Positions 8,466-18,594 of a stretch of 52,289 nt of DNA are shown piece after piece. A program made the position numbers and the translations under genes. This DNA comes from a virus (Duplodnaviria; Caudoviricetes). The notes under the pieces are model-generated. The model was not told the origin of the DNA, did not search any database, and saw only the letters and a list, made by a program, of their open reading frames with translations. Position 1 is the stretch's first letter. Each line of letters starts with the position of its first letter. The stretch covers positions 1-52,289 of IMG/VR virus record IMGVR_UViG_3300044513_001811; one strand, 5' to 3'.

Positions 8466-9296
8466 TTACTTTACCCAAAGGTATCCATCAGATGCACCCA
8501 AGGCATCTTCTCTAAATCCACAGTTATTACCACTTTCGGGGTGTCTACCCCATGCAAAGTATGTGCCGCCTGATGTATGGTGGTCACCAAATCCTCTTGT
8601 TCCAGTATTTGGGTCTCTATCACTCAAACCACCTTCGAAGGTGTTTGATATTCTGGTTCTAGCATTTTGCTCATTAGCACTATTCACTAAGTTTACAGTA
8701 GCTGCAGAATCAATAAAAACACTTTTACCAAATCCTGTTGCTTCCATCCAATACGCTGTAGATCCAGTATATGATGAGTTATTACGAAGAGATTGAATCC
8801 AACTATCCGCCATTTTAGTTGTTGTTGAATTTGATGTTCGTGGTCCAGTAGTTCCACTAAGTCCAACTGCAGAATTAGTCATATGCGCTTGACAACTTGC
8901 CGTTGTAACTCTTGCACATAAAACCCATCCACCACCATTCCTACTATTATCAACATACATTTGATAATTTCCAACTCCACCTGGATTAATCCAATAAACT
9001 CCAGATGGGAGACCAGCATTAAATATCTCCATACCGTTTTGAGCTGGAGAAGTTTGAGTTCCAACATCTGGAACGGCGGAAACAACGGTTTTCCATTCGG
9101 ATCCAATCCAAACTTCTAAAAGTTCTTCTGTAGTATTCCATCTCAACATTCCTGGTGTAGGACTGCTATGACGCTCACTGGTAGTTCCCATTGGAATACT
9201 CATTCCAGCAACACCTTGCGACAGATCTAGTCCACCGACAATTTCAATATTACTACCAGAAGATGATACTATTTTATCTACTCTTATTTCGCTCAT
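8466..9296 (-). CDS. Fibre/adhesin protein with a fibrinogen-like (Y.D....GGGW) C-terminal domain
   Basis: N-terminal MSEIRVDKI and IP.GTT.ER...G.LRWNT shaft motif; SGVYWINP....QMYVDNSRNGGGWVL. Confidence 0.8.
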   Translation of the reverse strand: MSEIRVDKIVSSSGSNIEIVGGLDLSQGVAGMSIPMGTTSERHSSPTPGMLRWNTTEELLEVWIGSEWKTVVSAVPDVGTQTSPAQNGMEIFNAGLPSGVYWINPGGVGNYQMYVDNSRNGGGWVLCARVTTASCQAHMTNSAVGLSGTTGPRTSNSTTTKMADSWIQSLRNNSSYTGSTAYWMEATGFGKSVFIDSAATVNLVNSANEQNARTRISNTFEGGLSDRDPNTGTRGFGDHHTSGGTYFAWGRHPESGNNCGFREDALGASDGYLWVK

Positions 9297-9305
9297 CGTT
9301 TTATG

Positions 9306-12300
9306 TTAAACAACAGTCCAAGCACCACCACTTGCCACGGTGATTGTGATACCATTATTTATGGTCAGAGGTCCAATACTCATGGTATTAGTTCCCGCTG
9401 GAACAGTGATATTTTCGTTAATCGTATTTCTATTTGATTTGAATACTCCATAAGTATCAATCCACTGCTTATCACCATTTGCATAAAGAACTCTATTGTT
9501 CGCTTGGTTAACAAAATCTTGACCTTCAATATTTACAGAACCAACAATGTGCAATTGATATGTTGGATCTGCTTTATTAACACCGACACGAGATAGTCTG
9601 TAAATATCAGCTCCATTGGTTGCTTCTGTCCAACGAGAAGTTACAAACTCTGCGTTGTTTTGGAACAACTGACCGTTGATATTAACATCACCAGAGACAT
9701 TTAGTTTGTAATGTCTTACTGTTGAACCATCAGTAGGATCAACTCCAGATGTATCAGTTGTGTTAATAGTAACAGCATTCTGATCGAATCCAGATCCAGA
9801 AGTTCCAGTGATTCCAAGAGCAGGAGTGGAATTAAATGTAGTTCCACCAGCAGCAGTTGATGCTTGGAATGTGAAGAAGTTATTTGATTGAGTATTGCTA
9901 CCAACTCTCCAATATCTTGTTGCTGTGTTATTATAGAAGTTCAGTGCTCCGTTAGAAGTATTCTGAACTGTAATTGCCTCAGTAAATTTAGCACCACCAC
10001 CAACATCAAGAGCGAGACCAGGAGCAGTAACGTTGATACCAATTCTTCTGGTAGCAATAACGTCACCAGTAACTTGGAATGCTAGTGTAGTTTCAGTACC
10101 ACTAACAAGGAAAGCATTTCCGTATGCAGAATTAGGAGTAGATGCATCGGCATGAATATAACTAATAGTTCCTTGTTGTGTCCAGTCATCACCAACGTTA
10201 TCACTAAATCTCAGTTTAGCGCCAACACCATTTGTAGCAGATCTGATATAAACACCAAGATTACCAACAACGTCAAGAGTTGATCTTGGAGCAACACCAG
10301 CGTTGATACCAACTTCATCGGCAGAAACATCAACAAATAGTGTATCAGTATCAACAGCAAGGTCGTCGGTGATAGAAACAGTTGATAAGAATGTTCCAGT
10401 TCCAGCAACACTTAAGTTTGAAGAAGCACCAGATAGAGTTAGCGAACCAGTCATGGTATCGCCTGCCTTCAAAACGTTCAGAGAAGCAGCACCAGTTAGA
10501 GATGCTGTGATTGTTCCAGCTGCAAAATTACCAGAACCATCACGTCTTACTGCAGTATTAACAACATTTGTTGACTGAAACTCAATATTACCAGCGTTCC
10601 AAACTACGTTACCATTTACATTTAAAGAGTTTGCATTGCCAACTAAAACGTTTAGACTACCAGAACCATCAGTAGCGTTGCCACCAGTTGCAATAATTGC
10701 AGCGTTGTAACTTGATGGTGCTAGTTGAGAGCTAGTAAAGTAGATAGCAGGTGATGTAGCCTGACCATCTCTTCTACCTAGTCTTAAATTAGCCGTGCCA
10801 CCATCAGATTCTAATTTTGCTACTTCTACGATGTTATCATCTTCGATAGTAAAGTCTTCAAATTCTTCTCTAATCGAAGCAGTACCAATTGTAAGAGCAC
10901 CAATAAAGTTACCAGTTACGAGTCTACCAACAATGATGGTGTAGTCATTTACATTGTCTGAGGTATCATCATTAATAATAAGATTATCAATCGCAATTTC
11001 ACCAGTTGATTGCGCTGTAGCATCGTATAATTTTACGGTAGATCCAGGAGTAAATGGGGTGGTGTTTAAGATTCTTCCAGAGATATAAATTCTGTACTTA
11101 GGATCACCATTGAAAGATTGAACAGTAAGCGTATCTCTGAACTTAGTAGCACTAATAAATCTTGGTAGTCTGTTATCTGATAGCGTGCCGAAGTTAATGT
11201 TTAGAGCATTTTGATACCACGTACCTTGTGCTCCATCTAATCTATCGGCGTCAAGACCTGATCCAATACCATCATTTAGAGAAGTCCACATCTTTGCCCA
11301 TGAACCGAATGCGGTAACACCAGTTCCAGAACCACGCAACCAGATGTTATCGTTGTCGGTAAATGCCATCTGTCTGACACCACCTTCGGCAGTTAGACCT
11401 TGACCCTTGTTTCTAATTGTAAGAACAAGGTGCTGAGATCCGCCATCATTTAGTTGGTCTGCGGAGTTGTTGATCGTGTTAGCAACAAGACCCTCAACAA
11501 AGTTGTTTGGAGTTGGGTTTGAAGTTGGGTTGTTAGTACCAGTCTCTAGTCTAATTGATCTAGCGGAAGATCCAGAAACACTAATTGGATACGTACCAGA
11601 AAGTCTATCAGTTGGAAGTGTTCCTGCATTCTGGTTGCTTGAGTTAAGATAGAATGATCCTTGTTTTGTATCAAGTAAGTCGGCATCTAAACCAGAGGTT
11701 GGACCAGTCTTGATTTCAATAGAACCATTACCAGCATTACCAATGTTGAATTGATCCTTCTTGAATCTGGCAACACCAATAGTTCCATATAGATCCGAAG
11801 AAATAGTTAGATCAGAAACTCTTTGAATATCAATAGCAACGTTAGCATACTGTCTATTGACAGTTGATACTTTTGCTTCTAATACGAGAGCGGATCCAGA
11901 ACCAATTTCAACAGGAGGATTTGTAATTGTGAAATCGCTATTATATCCAGATCCTCCATCGGTAACAGTTACATCAGCTACAGCATTACCAGATACAATA
12001 ATATTTGCTTTTAGTCCCGTTCCAGTACCACCAGTTAATTCAACATCAAAGTATTGACCGTTTGTAAATCCAGATCCACCAGTAGCAATAATAACATCAT
12101 CAACGAAGTTGCCTTGTGTATATGATGATTCAAATGTTACTGGAGATGCTCCACGCTCAAATGCAATAATTGTTCCAGCATTGATTGTTTGAGTGAGAGG
12201 GTTGTTTAAAGAAATCGTGGTTAATCCAGCAGCAGTAATAACACCAGTAATATTGGTATTTGCTTGAATTCCAGTAACATTGTTTGTAACCTCATGACCA

Positions 12301-15300
12301 ATTAGAACATCTGAGTTTGTTTGGAAAATAAGTTGGTTGGATCCAGAGCTTGCTGTGCTATACAACTTATCGAAGTATCTTACTTCTGCTCCCTTGATAG
12401 ATTGAACTGCCAGAGCAAAGTTCTGATCTCCTCTTAAGAATGTGAAGGAGTTTGCAGAACCACCTGAAGCAAGACGGTCAGTTTCAATAACTCCAGAAGT
12501 AATATCAGAAGCAGCAATCTGGTTGGATGATAAGGATACCCAGTTATTTCCATCAGAAGCAGATGTATTAACGATTCTTGTGATGTTTACAGTTTCTGCT
12601 GGAATGTCACTACTTTCAATAGTATCCGTATCTGCAAGAGAAATTCTATTGACGATATCACCATACAATCTGGATTCAATAAGAGCAGTAGCAGTTGCTT
12701 GTGTTCCAGAACCAGCGGGTGCAGCAATCGTAACAGTTGGAGCAGCGGTATATCCTTTACCACCAGTAAAACTATTATAAAGAACAAGAGTAATCGTTAC
12801 AACTTCGCCGTTAGCGATAGTAGTTTCTGCTCTCGCCTCCACGCCACCTTGTTGCAATGTTCCTGAAATAGTAACATTGGGTGGTTGCGTATATCCAGAA
12901 CCACCATCGGTTAAGTTAATTGTATATACAACTCCTTGCCTATACTCAGTAGATTGAATGCGACCACCAGAAAGACTACCAGTGAAAATATCTCCAATAG
13001 TAAATTGTAATGTTGGGTCTGGTTGGAAAGCAGCAAACAAACTATCAAGATCATTATTAAGAATATATGATGTTGAAGTATCTGCCTGAATTGCAATGTC
13101 ACCAGCAAGTGCTCCTTCTAGAGCGAGTCTTTCTGCCTGATTTGCTACCGTATAAACCTGGAATGGTCTTAGAGCTGGGATCTGATCAATGGAGATCTTA
13201 CCAGAATCGGTAAGTTCAACTAGTGCTCTAGGAACAGCGTTGGTTGAATAGGGCTTGTTGATGTATGGTCCAAGGTTGTTAGTGATGTAATCCCTAACTG
13301 CTTTCTGAGTTGGTAGAACAGAGTTACTTGTTCCAGCACCGCCCAGGGTATTGTCAGCAGAAAATCCAGTAACAACAACGTCTCCGCCCTTCAGTTTGAG
13401 GAATTCAACTTCGGAAATGGTAACTGTACCAGTGAAGGTGATAGCACCAGTTCTGTTTTCGATTCTAGCGAACGTACCAACCTTGAAGTCACCAAGTTCG
13501 TCAGTACCAGAAACATATACACGACCATAATTTTCAGATACTTGCTCTTGTGATTCATCCCTAGTTCCACCGTTCTCTGGTAGAGCAAGGTAGTTAGTAC
13601 CAGAACCAGCAAATTCCCAAGTGTGCGAGGAGCTATTGACGATAGATGGTCTGTGTAATCTAATTGTTTTACCTAAAATATTTCCAGTTGAAACAGGTAA
13701 ACCAGTTGTACTATCGGTCAGGTCCATTGGTTGTCCCTGTCCATCATCAATGGTTAGTTCTGCAGAGAATGGTGGACCAGCACCTACTGCTCCAACCGCA
13801 TCGATAAAGTATTCGATGTTTGAATTTGTATTTTCATATCCATCTACCTTAACAACGTAGTGTTCAAGAGGTTCTCTTCCAAGACCGTCAACGGTAAGAA
13901 CTGCTCTACCAGTTGGAGTAGCAGATACGTTAGCAACTGTACCAACGTCAAAGGTGTATGCTTCTTTTCTGTATCCAATACCACGGAGAGCAGCAATACC
14001 AAAGTTTGTAGCAGAGTTAGTGATCGAGCAATAACCACCAGACTCAGCAAGGACACCATCAGCACAGAAGATAACGAAGACCGAAACTAACTGAGTGTAA
14101 CCATCTTCGATAACCTTGTATCCTGTACCTCCAAAGGAAACGATGGTAAATGCGGATGCAACCATCGACTTACCCTGGTTGGGGAAGGATGCAGAACCGT
14201 CTAGTTCTAGACCAGGGAAAGGACAGTTAGGTTGCTTGACCTTAGAACCATCAACTAGAGCACCACTGCCCCCTAGGAAGGAGATAACAGAAGAGTTTTG
14301 AGTGTATGGTGATGCTTCAATGATTGGGTAGTCATCGTAGATACCACGAACTGCCATTCTTACATTATTCTGATCATAAATGTAAGAATCTGGATATGAG
14401 ATAATAGTTGAGGTATCATATAAAGTGCCAGTTGTGATTGCCGTAGATCCTGGTTCAATAGCAGTTGGACTTGATGGATTATCTGCATACTCTAAAATAC
14501 CATCAAGAATTCCCATCGAAGTATTGATGGAAGATGCTACATTAGCACAATCTGGAGAAGATGGATCTGCAATGATTGTGTTATCTGTAAACTGTGGAAT
14601 TGGTGAAGTGGTTGCAATAGCATTGCCAGCTCCATCCGTCCAATTACGCATTGCTGCGATAGCATAAGTTTCAACCTGACTATATGCAAATCTAGTTTCT
14701 GCTAATTGTGAAGCATCAATTCCCGCCAAAGCAGCTCCAGAGAAGTATGCTTCTGCAGCAGTAACAATACCACTATTTCCACCAAGCACAAGATCTCTAA
14801 TTAGTCCACTCAGAATATAATTGACATCTCTACGGCACTTCCTTTGGTGAATATCAGAAAGATTGAGAGTAGGATACGTTGCTTCGGTATCGATAAGTGC
14901 TTGATCGGCAATTAAATCTCTGTTTCTTGCAATCAAATATGCAGCATCTAAGTATCTACCAGATGCATTATTGGCAATAACATCAACCCAGAGATATGAT
15001 AATGTATCGATGGCAGATCTTACATCATCACAAGCTGGTGTTCCCGCAGTAGATGTAATTACTGTTGGATCAAAATATCTTGTTAATGAAGAATATTGTG
15101 GAGTATATACTGGATCACTGGGAGTTCTGTTTCCAGTTCTCCAATTACACATTGCATAAATTGCTAACTGTCTTGCATATTCAATAGCACGTACAGTTTG
15201 TATAATTTCATTTTCTACATAAGCAACTTTAGCGCCTACAATGTACTTCTGTGCTGCCTCAATGGTATTGTGGTTAGAACCAAATTCCAAGTCCCTTACA

Positions 15301-18047
15301 AGAGCATTTAGGAAGTGTACAATGTCTTGTTTGCACTGTTCGTCGCTTACTGGAATATTGAAACTTGGATAAACTTTAGTTCCGTTATCACATTCTACTT
15401 CTAAGTCTGCAAGTTTTACAATATCATCTTCTGCTAAGGCAGGGATAGAAACTGAAGTTGTAATAGTAGCAACTCCTGTTACCGCAGCATCATAGATGAA
15501 ATCTGTGATGTTATAGTTAACACCATTGAAGTTTACCGTTCCAGTTGGATTTGTATTGTCATAAATGTGTTCAAATCTTGAAGTTCCAAGATAAATCTTG
15601 AAATCATTTCCAGATACATCATATACTGAGAAATACTCTTTCTTAAATTCGTCATTAATACGACCAACTACTTCATCAGCAATGAAATCTCGGTTGTTTC
15701 TAATATAAACACAAGCGTCCTGATATCTTCTGTCTACTGGTGTTGCTACTGGGAAGGTATTTGGGGAGTTTAAAAGCGATAGAGTAACACTTCTTGAGTA
15801 AGTGCTTACAGTTGCAAATTGTCCTGGATCAAAGTTTGCATCATTAATAGAAGTAACTTTTTTAGGGATTACAAATCTTCTTGCACGACCGTCCGCATCT
15901 TCCAGAACTTTGTAAATTCTCTGCTTACCATTCAAGAATGAAAGATCTGGACTGGAAGTTGGCATCCCAGCAATAATAATTTCTTGACCTTCTTTAAAGT
16001 TGTGGATGTTTGATCTGCCAACTAGTTCGTTGGTGTAGAAGACGATACCACCAAGATCTTCTGAATTACCAAATTGTTCGTTTTGGAAACCATCGGTAAA
16101 TCCACCTTGTTGGGAAAAGTCAATTCTCTGAATTGGTAAAGTTGCAGTAATATCATCCTCTACAAATACTACTTCTCCTTCTGCTCTAATTGATTCTAGA
16201 GAAACGGTGTCAAATGTATATGATACTACACTTGCTGAACTGATAGAAATTGTTTCTGCTTGTGTTGTATCCCAAGATGGAGAATTTAGAAGAGATGCAA
16301 CTAATACTTCCCATTCTGTTGGAGTATTGGGATCATTTGCAGTAACAGATACTACTTCATAATAACCAGATGTGAAACTACTATCATCAGCATCATCTAA
16401 GAAGATATAAGAACCACCAGCAATAATTCCAGATGGATTGGTCGTTGTTATAAATTTATTTTCTCCAGAAGTTTCGGTGATTGTTAAAGCTAAAGAATTA
16501 CCAGCAGAGGCAGAAGTAATAAACCTAAATTGCTCACCTTCTACGAAAGAACCACTGGTCAACTCAACATCAATATCACCATTAACGTATGCATTGGCAC
16601 CAGTTGTGGAATCAAATGAAACACCAATAACATTTGCTCTTGCACCAGTGTTAACACCAACAACTTCTACCCCAGTTTGTAGTTGAGCTAAACCAGTATT
16701 TTGCTGGAATCCAACACGGAACTGATCTGGTCCAAAAATCTGGTGACCGATTGGAAACTCTGTTCCAAAATCTCCATTTACATCATAATCAACAATAATT
16801 CTTTGCTTATCGTCAAAGACCATAGCAAAGTCCCAAGTAGCGACTGGATCGCCGTTTGAGTCAATTTGGTCTCTGTAAGTAACACCAATAATGTAGTTCT
16901 TGTCACCGAACTTCATAATGTGTTTGCCTGGATTCCTTGGGCGGATAATTACCAGACGGAGGTTGTCACCAACGATAGATGCATCGGGTGGTAGTGAAAT
17001 TGGGTTATCTTCTAGATAGTCACCACCAGAAACGATGATGGTTTCCTTGACACCAGGAGTTGCCCAAGCAAGTTGTGCTGCTTTTTTGATTGTACGAACA
17101 GGATTAACCGCTGAACGACCATCGTTGAGGTCCGAACCAATCTGCTCAGAAACATAGATACGACCACCAACGTCATTCGTTGCTAGGTTGAGGACGTATT
17201 CTGTTGTAGCAATCTTGTCTGATCTGTCACCAAGTAGAGGAGTGATAGAACGTGGGAAGATACCAGATTCTCCTGTTTCATTATATCCAAAAGCATTTTG
17301 ATCAACTACACGGAAACCGATATGCTTGAAATTTACTTCGCCGTTGAGTACAATACCATCTTTATGCTCTGGACCAGATGTTCCAGTTTCTCCTGAGTTT
17401 AATGCTTGATATACATTGGCACCGAAATATCTATAAGAATCTTTCTGAACAATAACATTACTATCCCAGATAGTACCAGTATTGTTTATATAAGTTTTAA
17501 GATCTGGCGCACGGAAATCTAGATCTGGAGTAACAAAGTTATCAATATCAAGGTTCAGAATTCTTGCAGTATCTGAAATGATCGACGTTGAGGTTCTGAT
17601 AGCACCGTTGATATCAAGTTCAAAATCAACTGTGTCTAGGAAAGCAGTTCCAGAAGCACCAGCACCGTTACCACCACTGATAACTACATTAGGTGCTGTG
17701 GTGTATCCGCTACCAGGATTATTAATAGCAATGCTGGTTACTCTTCCATTGAAGATAAAGGCAGATGCCAGAGCTTGGGTTCCGCCTGCAGTAGATGGAG
17801 GATCCAAAATTACCGATGGAGCACTGGTATATCCACTACCACCGCTTACAACTTCGATATTATTAACTCTCTGACCAGTTCTATTAATACCAACACGGGG
17901 TAGACCTGTATTAGCATCAATTTCTGTTCTTAGAATCTCTCGCTCCAGAGATCCTGTGCCAATTCTAACAGTAAGCTCGTTATCACCGATGAGTTTAGGA
18001 CTATTACCTCTAATAAACTCTTTGTCGGAATTGATATTAAAACTCAT
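9306..18047 (-). CDS. Giant virion structural protein (tailspike/fibre-like, 2913 aa) with a beta-helix region and two phycobiliprotein-like domains
   Basis: IYVS...GSD.NDG.S...P.RTI..A beta-helix start, GSGYT.AP repeats, GLDAD.LD fibre motifs and VGI...P...L.V.G repeats; late promoter CTAAATA at 18083-18089. Confidence 0.85.
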   Translation of the reverse strand: MSFNINSDKEFIRGNSPKLIGDNELTVRIGTGSLEREILRTEIDANTGLPRVGINRTGQRVNNIEVVSGGSGYTSAPSVILDPPSTAGGTQALASAFIFNGRVTSIAINNPGSGYTTAPNVVISGGNGAGASGTAFLDTVDFELDINGAIRTSTSIISDTARILNLDIDNFVTPDLDFRAPDLKTYINNTGTIWDSNVIVQKDSYRYFGANVYQALNSGETGTSGPEHKDGIVLNGEVNFKHIGFRVVDQNAFGYNETGESGIFPRSITPLLGDRSDKIATTEYVLNLATNDVGGRIYVSEQIGSDLNDGRSAVNPVRTIKKAAQLAWATPGVKETIIVSGGDYLEDNPISLPPDASIVGDNLRLVIIRPRNPGKHIMKFGDKNYIIGVTYRDQIDSNGDPVATWDFAMVFDDKQRIIVDYDVNGDFGTEFPIGHQIFGPDQFRVGFQQNTGLAQLQTGVEVVGVNTGARANVIGVSFDSTTGANAYVNGDIDVELTSGSFVEGEQFRFITSASAGNSLALTITETSGENKFITTTNPSGIIAGGSYIFLDDADDSSFTSGYYEVVSVTANDPNTPTEWEVLVASLLNSPSWDTTQAETISISSASVVSYTFDTVSLESIRAEGEVVFVEDDITATLPIQRIDFSQQGGFTDGFQNEQFGNSEDLGGIVFYTNELVGRSNIHNFKEGQEIIIAGMPTSSPDLSFLNGKQRIYKVLEDADGRARRFVIPKKVTSINDANFDPGQFATVSTYSRSVTLSLLNSPNTFPVATPVDRRYQDACVYIRNNRDFIADEVVGRINDEFKKEYFSVYDVSGNDFKIYLGTSRFEHIYDNTNPTGTVNFNGVNYNITDFIYDAAVTGVATITTSVSIPALAEDDIVKLADLEVECDNGTKVYPSFNIPVSDEQCKQDIVHFLNALVRDLEFGSNHNTIEAAQKYIVGAKVAYVENEIIQTVRAIEYARQLAIYAMCNWRTGNRTPSDPVYTPQYSSLTRYFDPTVITSTAGTPACDDVRSAIDTLSYLWVDVIANNASGRYLDAAYLIARNRDLIADQALIDTEATYPTLNLSDIHQRKCRRDVNYILSGLIRDLVLGGNSGIVTAAEAYFSGAALAGIDASQLAETRFAYSQVETYAIAAMRNWTDGAGNAIATTSPIPQFTDNTIIADPSSPDCANVASSINTSMGILDGILEYADNPSSPTAIEPGSTAITTGTLYDTSTIISYPDSYIYDQNNVRMAVRGIYDDYPIIEASPYTQNSSVISFLGGSGALVDGSKVKQPNCPFPGLELDGSASFPNQGKSMVASAFTIVSFGGTGYKVIEDGYTQLVSVFVIFCADGVLAESGGYCSITNSATNFGIAALRGIGYRKEAYTFDVGTVANVSATPTGRAVLTVDGLGREPLEHYVVKVDGYENTNSNIEYFIDAVGAVGAGPPFSAELTIDDGQGQPMDLTDSTTGLPVSTGNILGKTIRLHRPSIVNSSSHTWEFAGSGTNYLALPENGGTRDESQEQVSENYGRVYVSGTDELGDFKVGTFARIENRTGAITFTGTVTISEVEFLKLKGGDVVVTGFSADNTLGGAGTSNSVLPTQKAVRDYITNNLGPYINKPYSTNAVPRALVELTDSGKISIDQIPALRPFQVYTVANQAERLALEGALAGDIAIQADTSTSYILNNDLDSLFAAFQPDPTLQFTIGDIFTGSLSGGRIQSTEYRQGVVYTINLTDGGSGYTQPPNVTISGTLQQGGVEARAETTIANGEVVTITLVLYNSFTGGKGYTAAPTVTIAAPAGSGTQATATALIESRLYGDIVNRISLADTDTIESSDIPAETVNITRIVNTSASDGNNWVSLSSNQIAASDITSGVIETDRLASGGSANSFTFLRGDQNFALAVQSIKGAEVRYFDKLYSTASSGSNQLIFQTNSDVLIGHEVTNNVTGIQANTNITGVITAAGLTTISLNNPLTQTINAGTIIAFERGASPVTFESSYTQGNFVDDVIIATGGSGFTNGQYFDVELTGGTGTGLKANIIVSGNAVADVTVTDGGSGYNSDFTITNPPVEIGSGSALVLEAKVSTVNRQYANVAIDIQRVSDLTISSDLYGTIGVARFKKDQFNIGNAGNGSIEIKTGPTSGLDADLLDTKQGSFYLNSSNQNAGTLPTDRLSGTYPISVSGSSARSIRLETGTNNPTSNPTPNNFVEGLVANTINNSADQLNDGGSQHLVLTIRNKGQGLTAEGGVRQMAFTDNDNIWLRGSGTGVTAFGSWAKMWTSLNDGIGSGLDADRLDGAQGTWYQNALNINFGTLSDNRLPRFISATKFRDTLTVQSFNGDPKYRIYISGRILNTTPFTPGSTVKLYDATAQSTGEIAIDNLIINDDTSDNVNDYTIIVGRLVTGNFIGALTIGTASIREEFEDFTIEDDNIVEVAKLESDGGTANLRLGRRDGQATSPAIYFTSSQLAPSSYNAAIIATGGNATDGSGSLNVLVGNANSLNVNGNVVWNAGNIEFQSTNVVNTAVRRDGSGNFAAGTITASLTGAASLNVLKAGDTMTGSLTLSGASSNLSVAGTGTFLSTVSITDDLAVDTDTLFVDVSADEVGINAGVAPRSTLDVVGNLGVYIRSATNGVGAKLRFSDNVGDDWTQQGTISYIHADASTPNSAYGNAFLVSGTETTLAFQVTGDVIATRRIGINVTAPGLALDVGGGAKFTEAITVQNTSNGALNFYNNTATRYWRVGSNTQSNNFFTFQASTAAGGTTFNSTPALGITGTSGSGFDQNAVTINTTDTSGVDPTDGSTVRHYKLNVSGDVNINGQLFQNNAEFVTSRWTEATNGADIYRLSRVGVNKADPTYQLHIVGSVNIEGQDFVNQANNRVLYANGDKQWIDTYGVFKSNRNTINENITVPAGTNTMSIGPLTINNGITITVASGGAWTVV

Positions 18048-18091
18048 GGTGCCTGCCAGCTCCGCCTATTTTGCCTCAGTTATATTTAGCA

Positions 18092-18592
18092 TCAAGCCCA
18101 CTCAATACTAATAACCTGAGTGGAAACTATCCATTTAATAGTGTTTGTAGTACCTGCTCTTGACGTTGAGTAACTAAATCTATTTGTTGATCCAAGAGGA
18201 TCGATCCCCCAAGTCTGACCAGCAGGTACATCATCTTTTATAACTGTTCTTAGACTTGAAAGTACTGAAGTTTGACCAACAGCATCACATGTCAATGTGC
18301 TTTCTAGTTTTGCAGAATATACAACTCCTTGAGGATTAACGGCGATGATACTGCCAGTAATAAAATTAATTGTATTGGTATCAATAACAATTTGGGATCC
18401 TACATCGTCTAACTGCAAAACGCTAGTGTTCAATCCACGTAAAATATAATTGGAGATTTTACTATCTTCGTAAAATCTGTTCTTTAATTCTAGTGTGTTC
18501 AAATCTTTTGCGTTTCTAAATTCATCAACAACAGTGGTTTTGTCAATGGAAAATCCACCTGTAGAATCAAACTTTTCTTTTGTAGTTGCCAT
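18092..18592 (-). CDS. Conserved cyanophage structural protein (166 aa)
   Basis: Beta-rich ORF tightly packed between two giant structural genes. Confidence 0.8.
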   Translation of the reverse strand: MATTKEKFDSTGGFSIDKTTVVDEFRNAKDLNTLELKNRFYEDSKISNYILRGLNTSVLQLDDVGSQIVIDTNTINFITGSIIAVNPQGVVYSAKLESTLTCDAVGQTSVLSSLRTVIKDDVPAGQTWGIDPLGSTNRFSYSTSRAGTTNTIKWIVSTQVISIEWA

Positions 18593-18594
18593 TT

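Noticed and set aside
8466-9296. Diversity-generating retroelement target
   Set aside because: No reverse transcriptase and no template/variable repeat pair were seen in the window.
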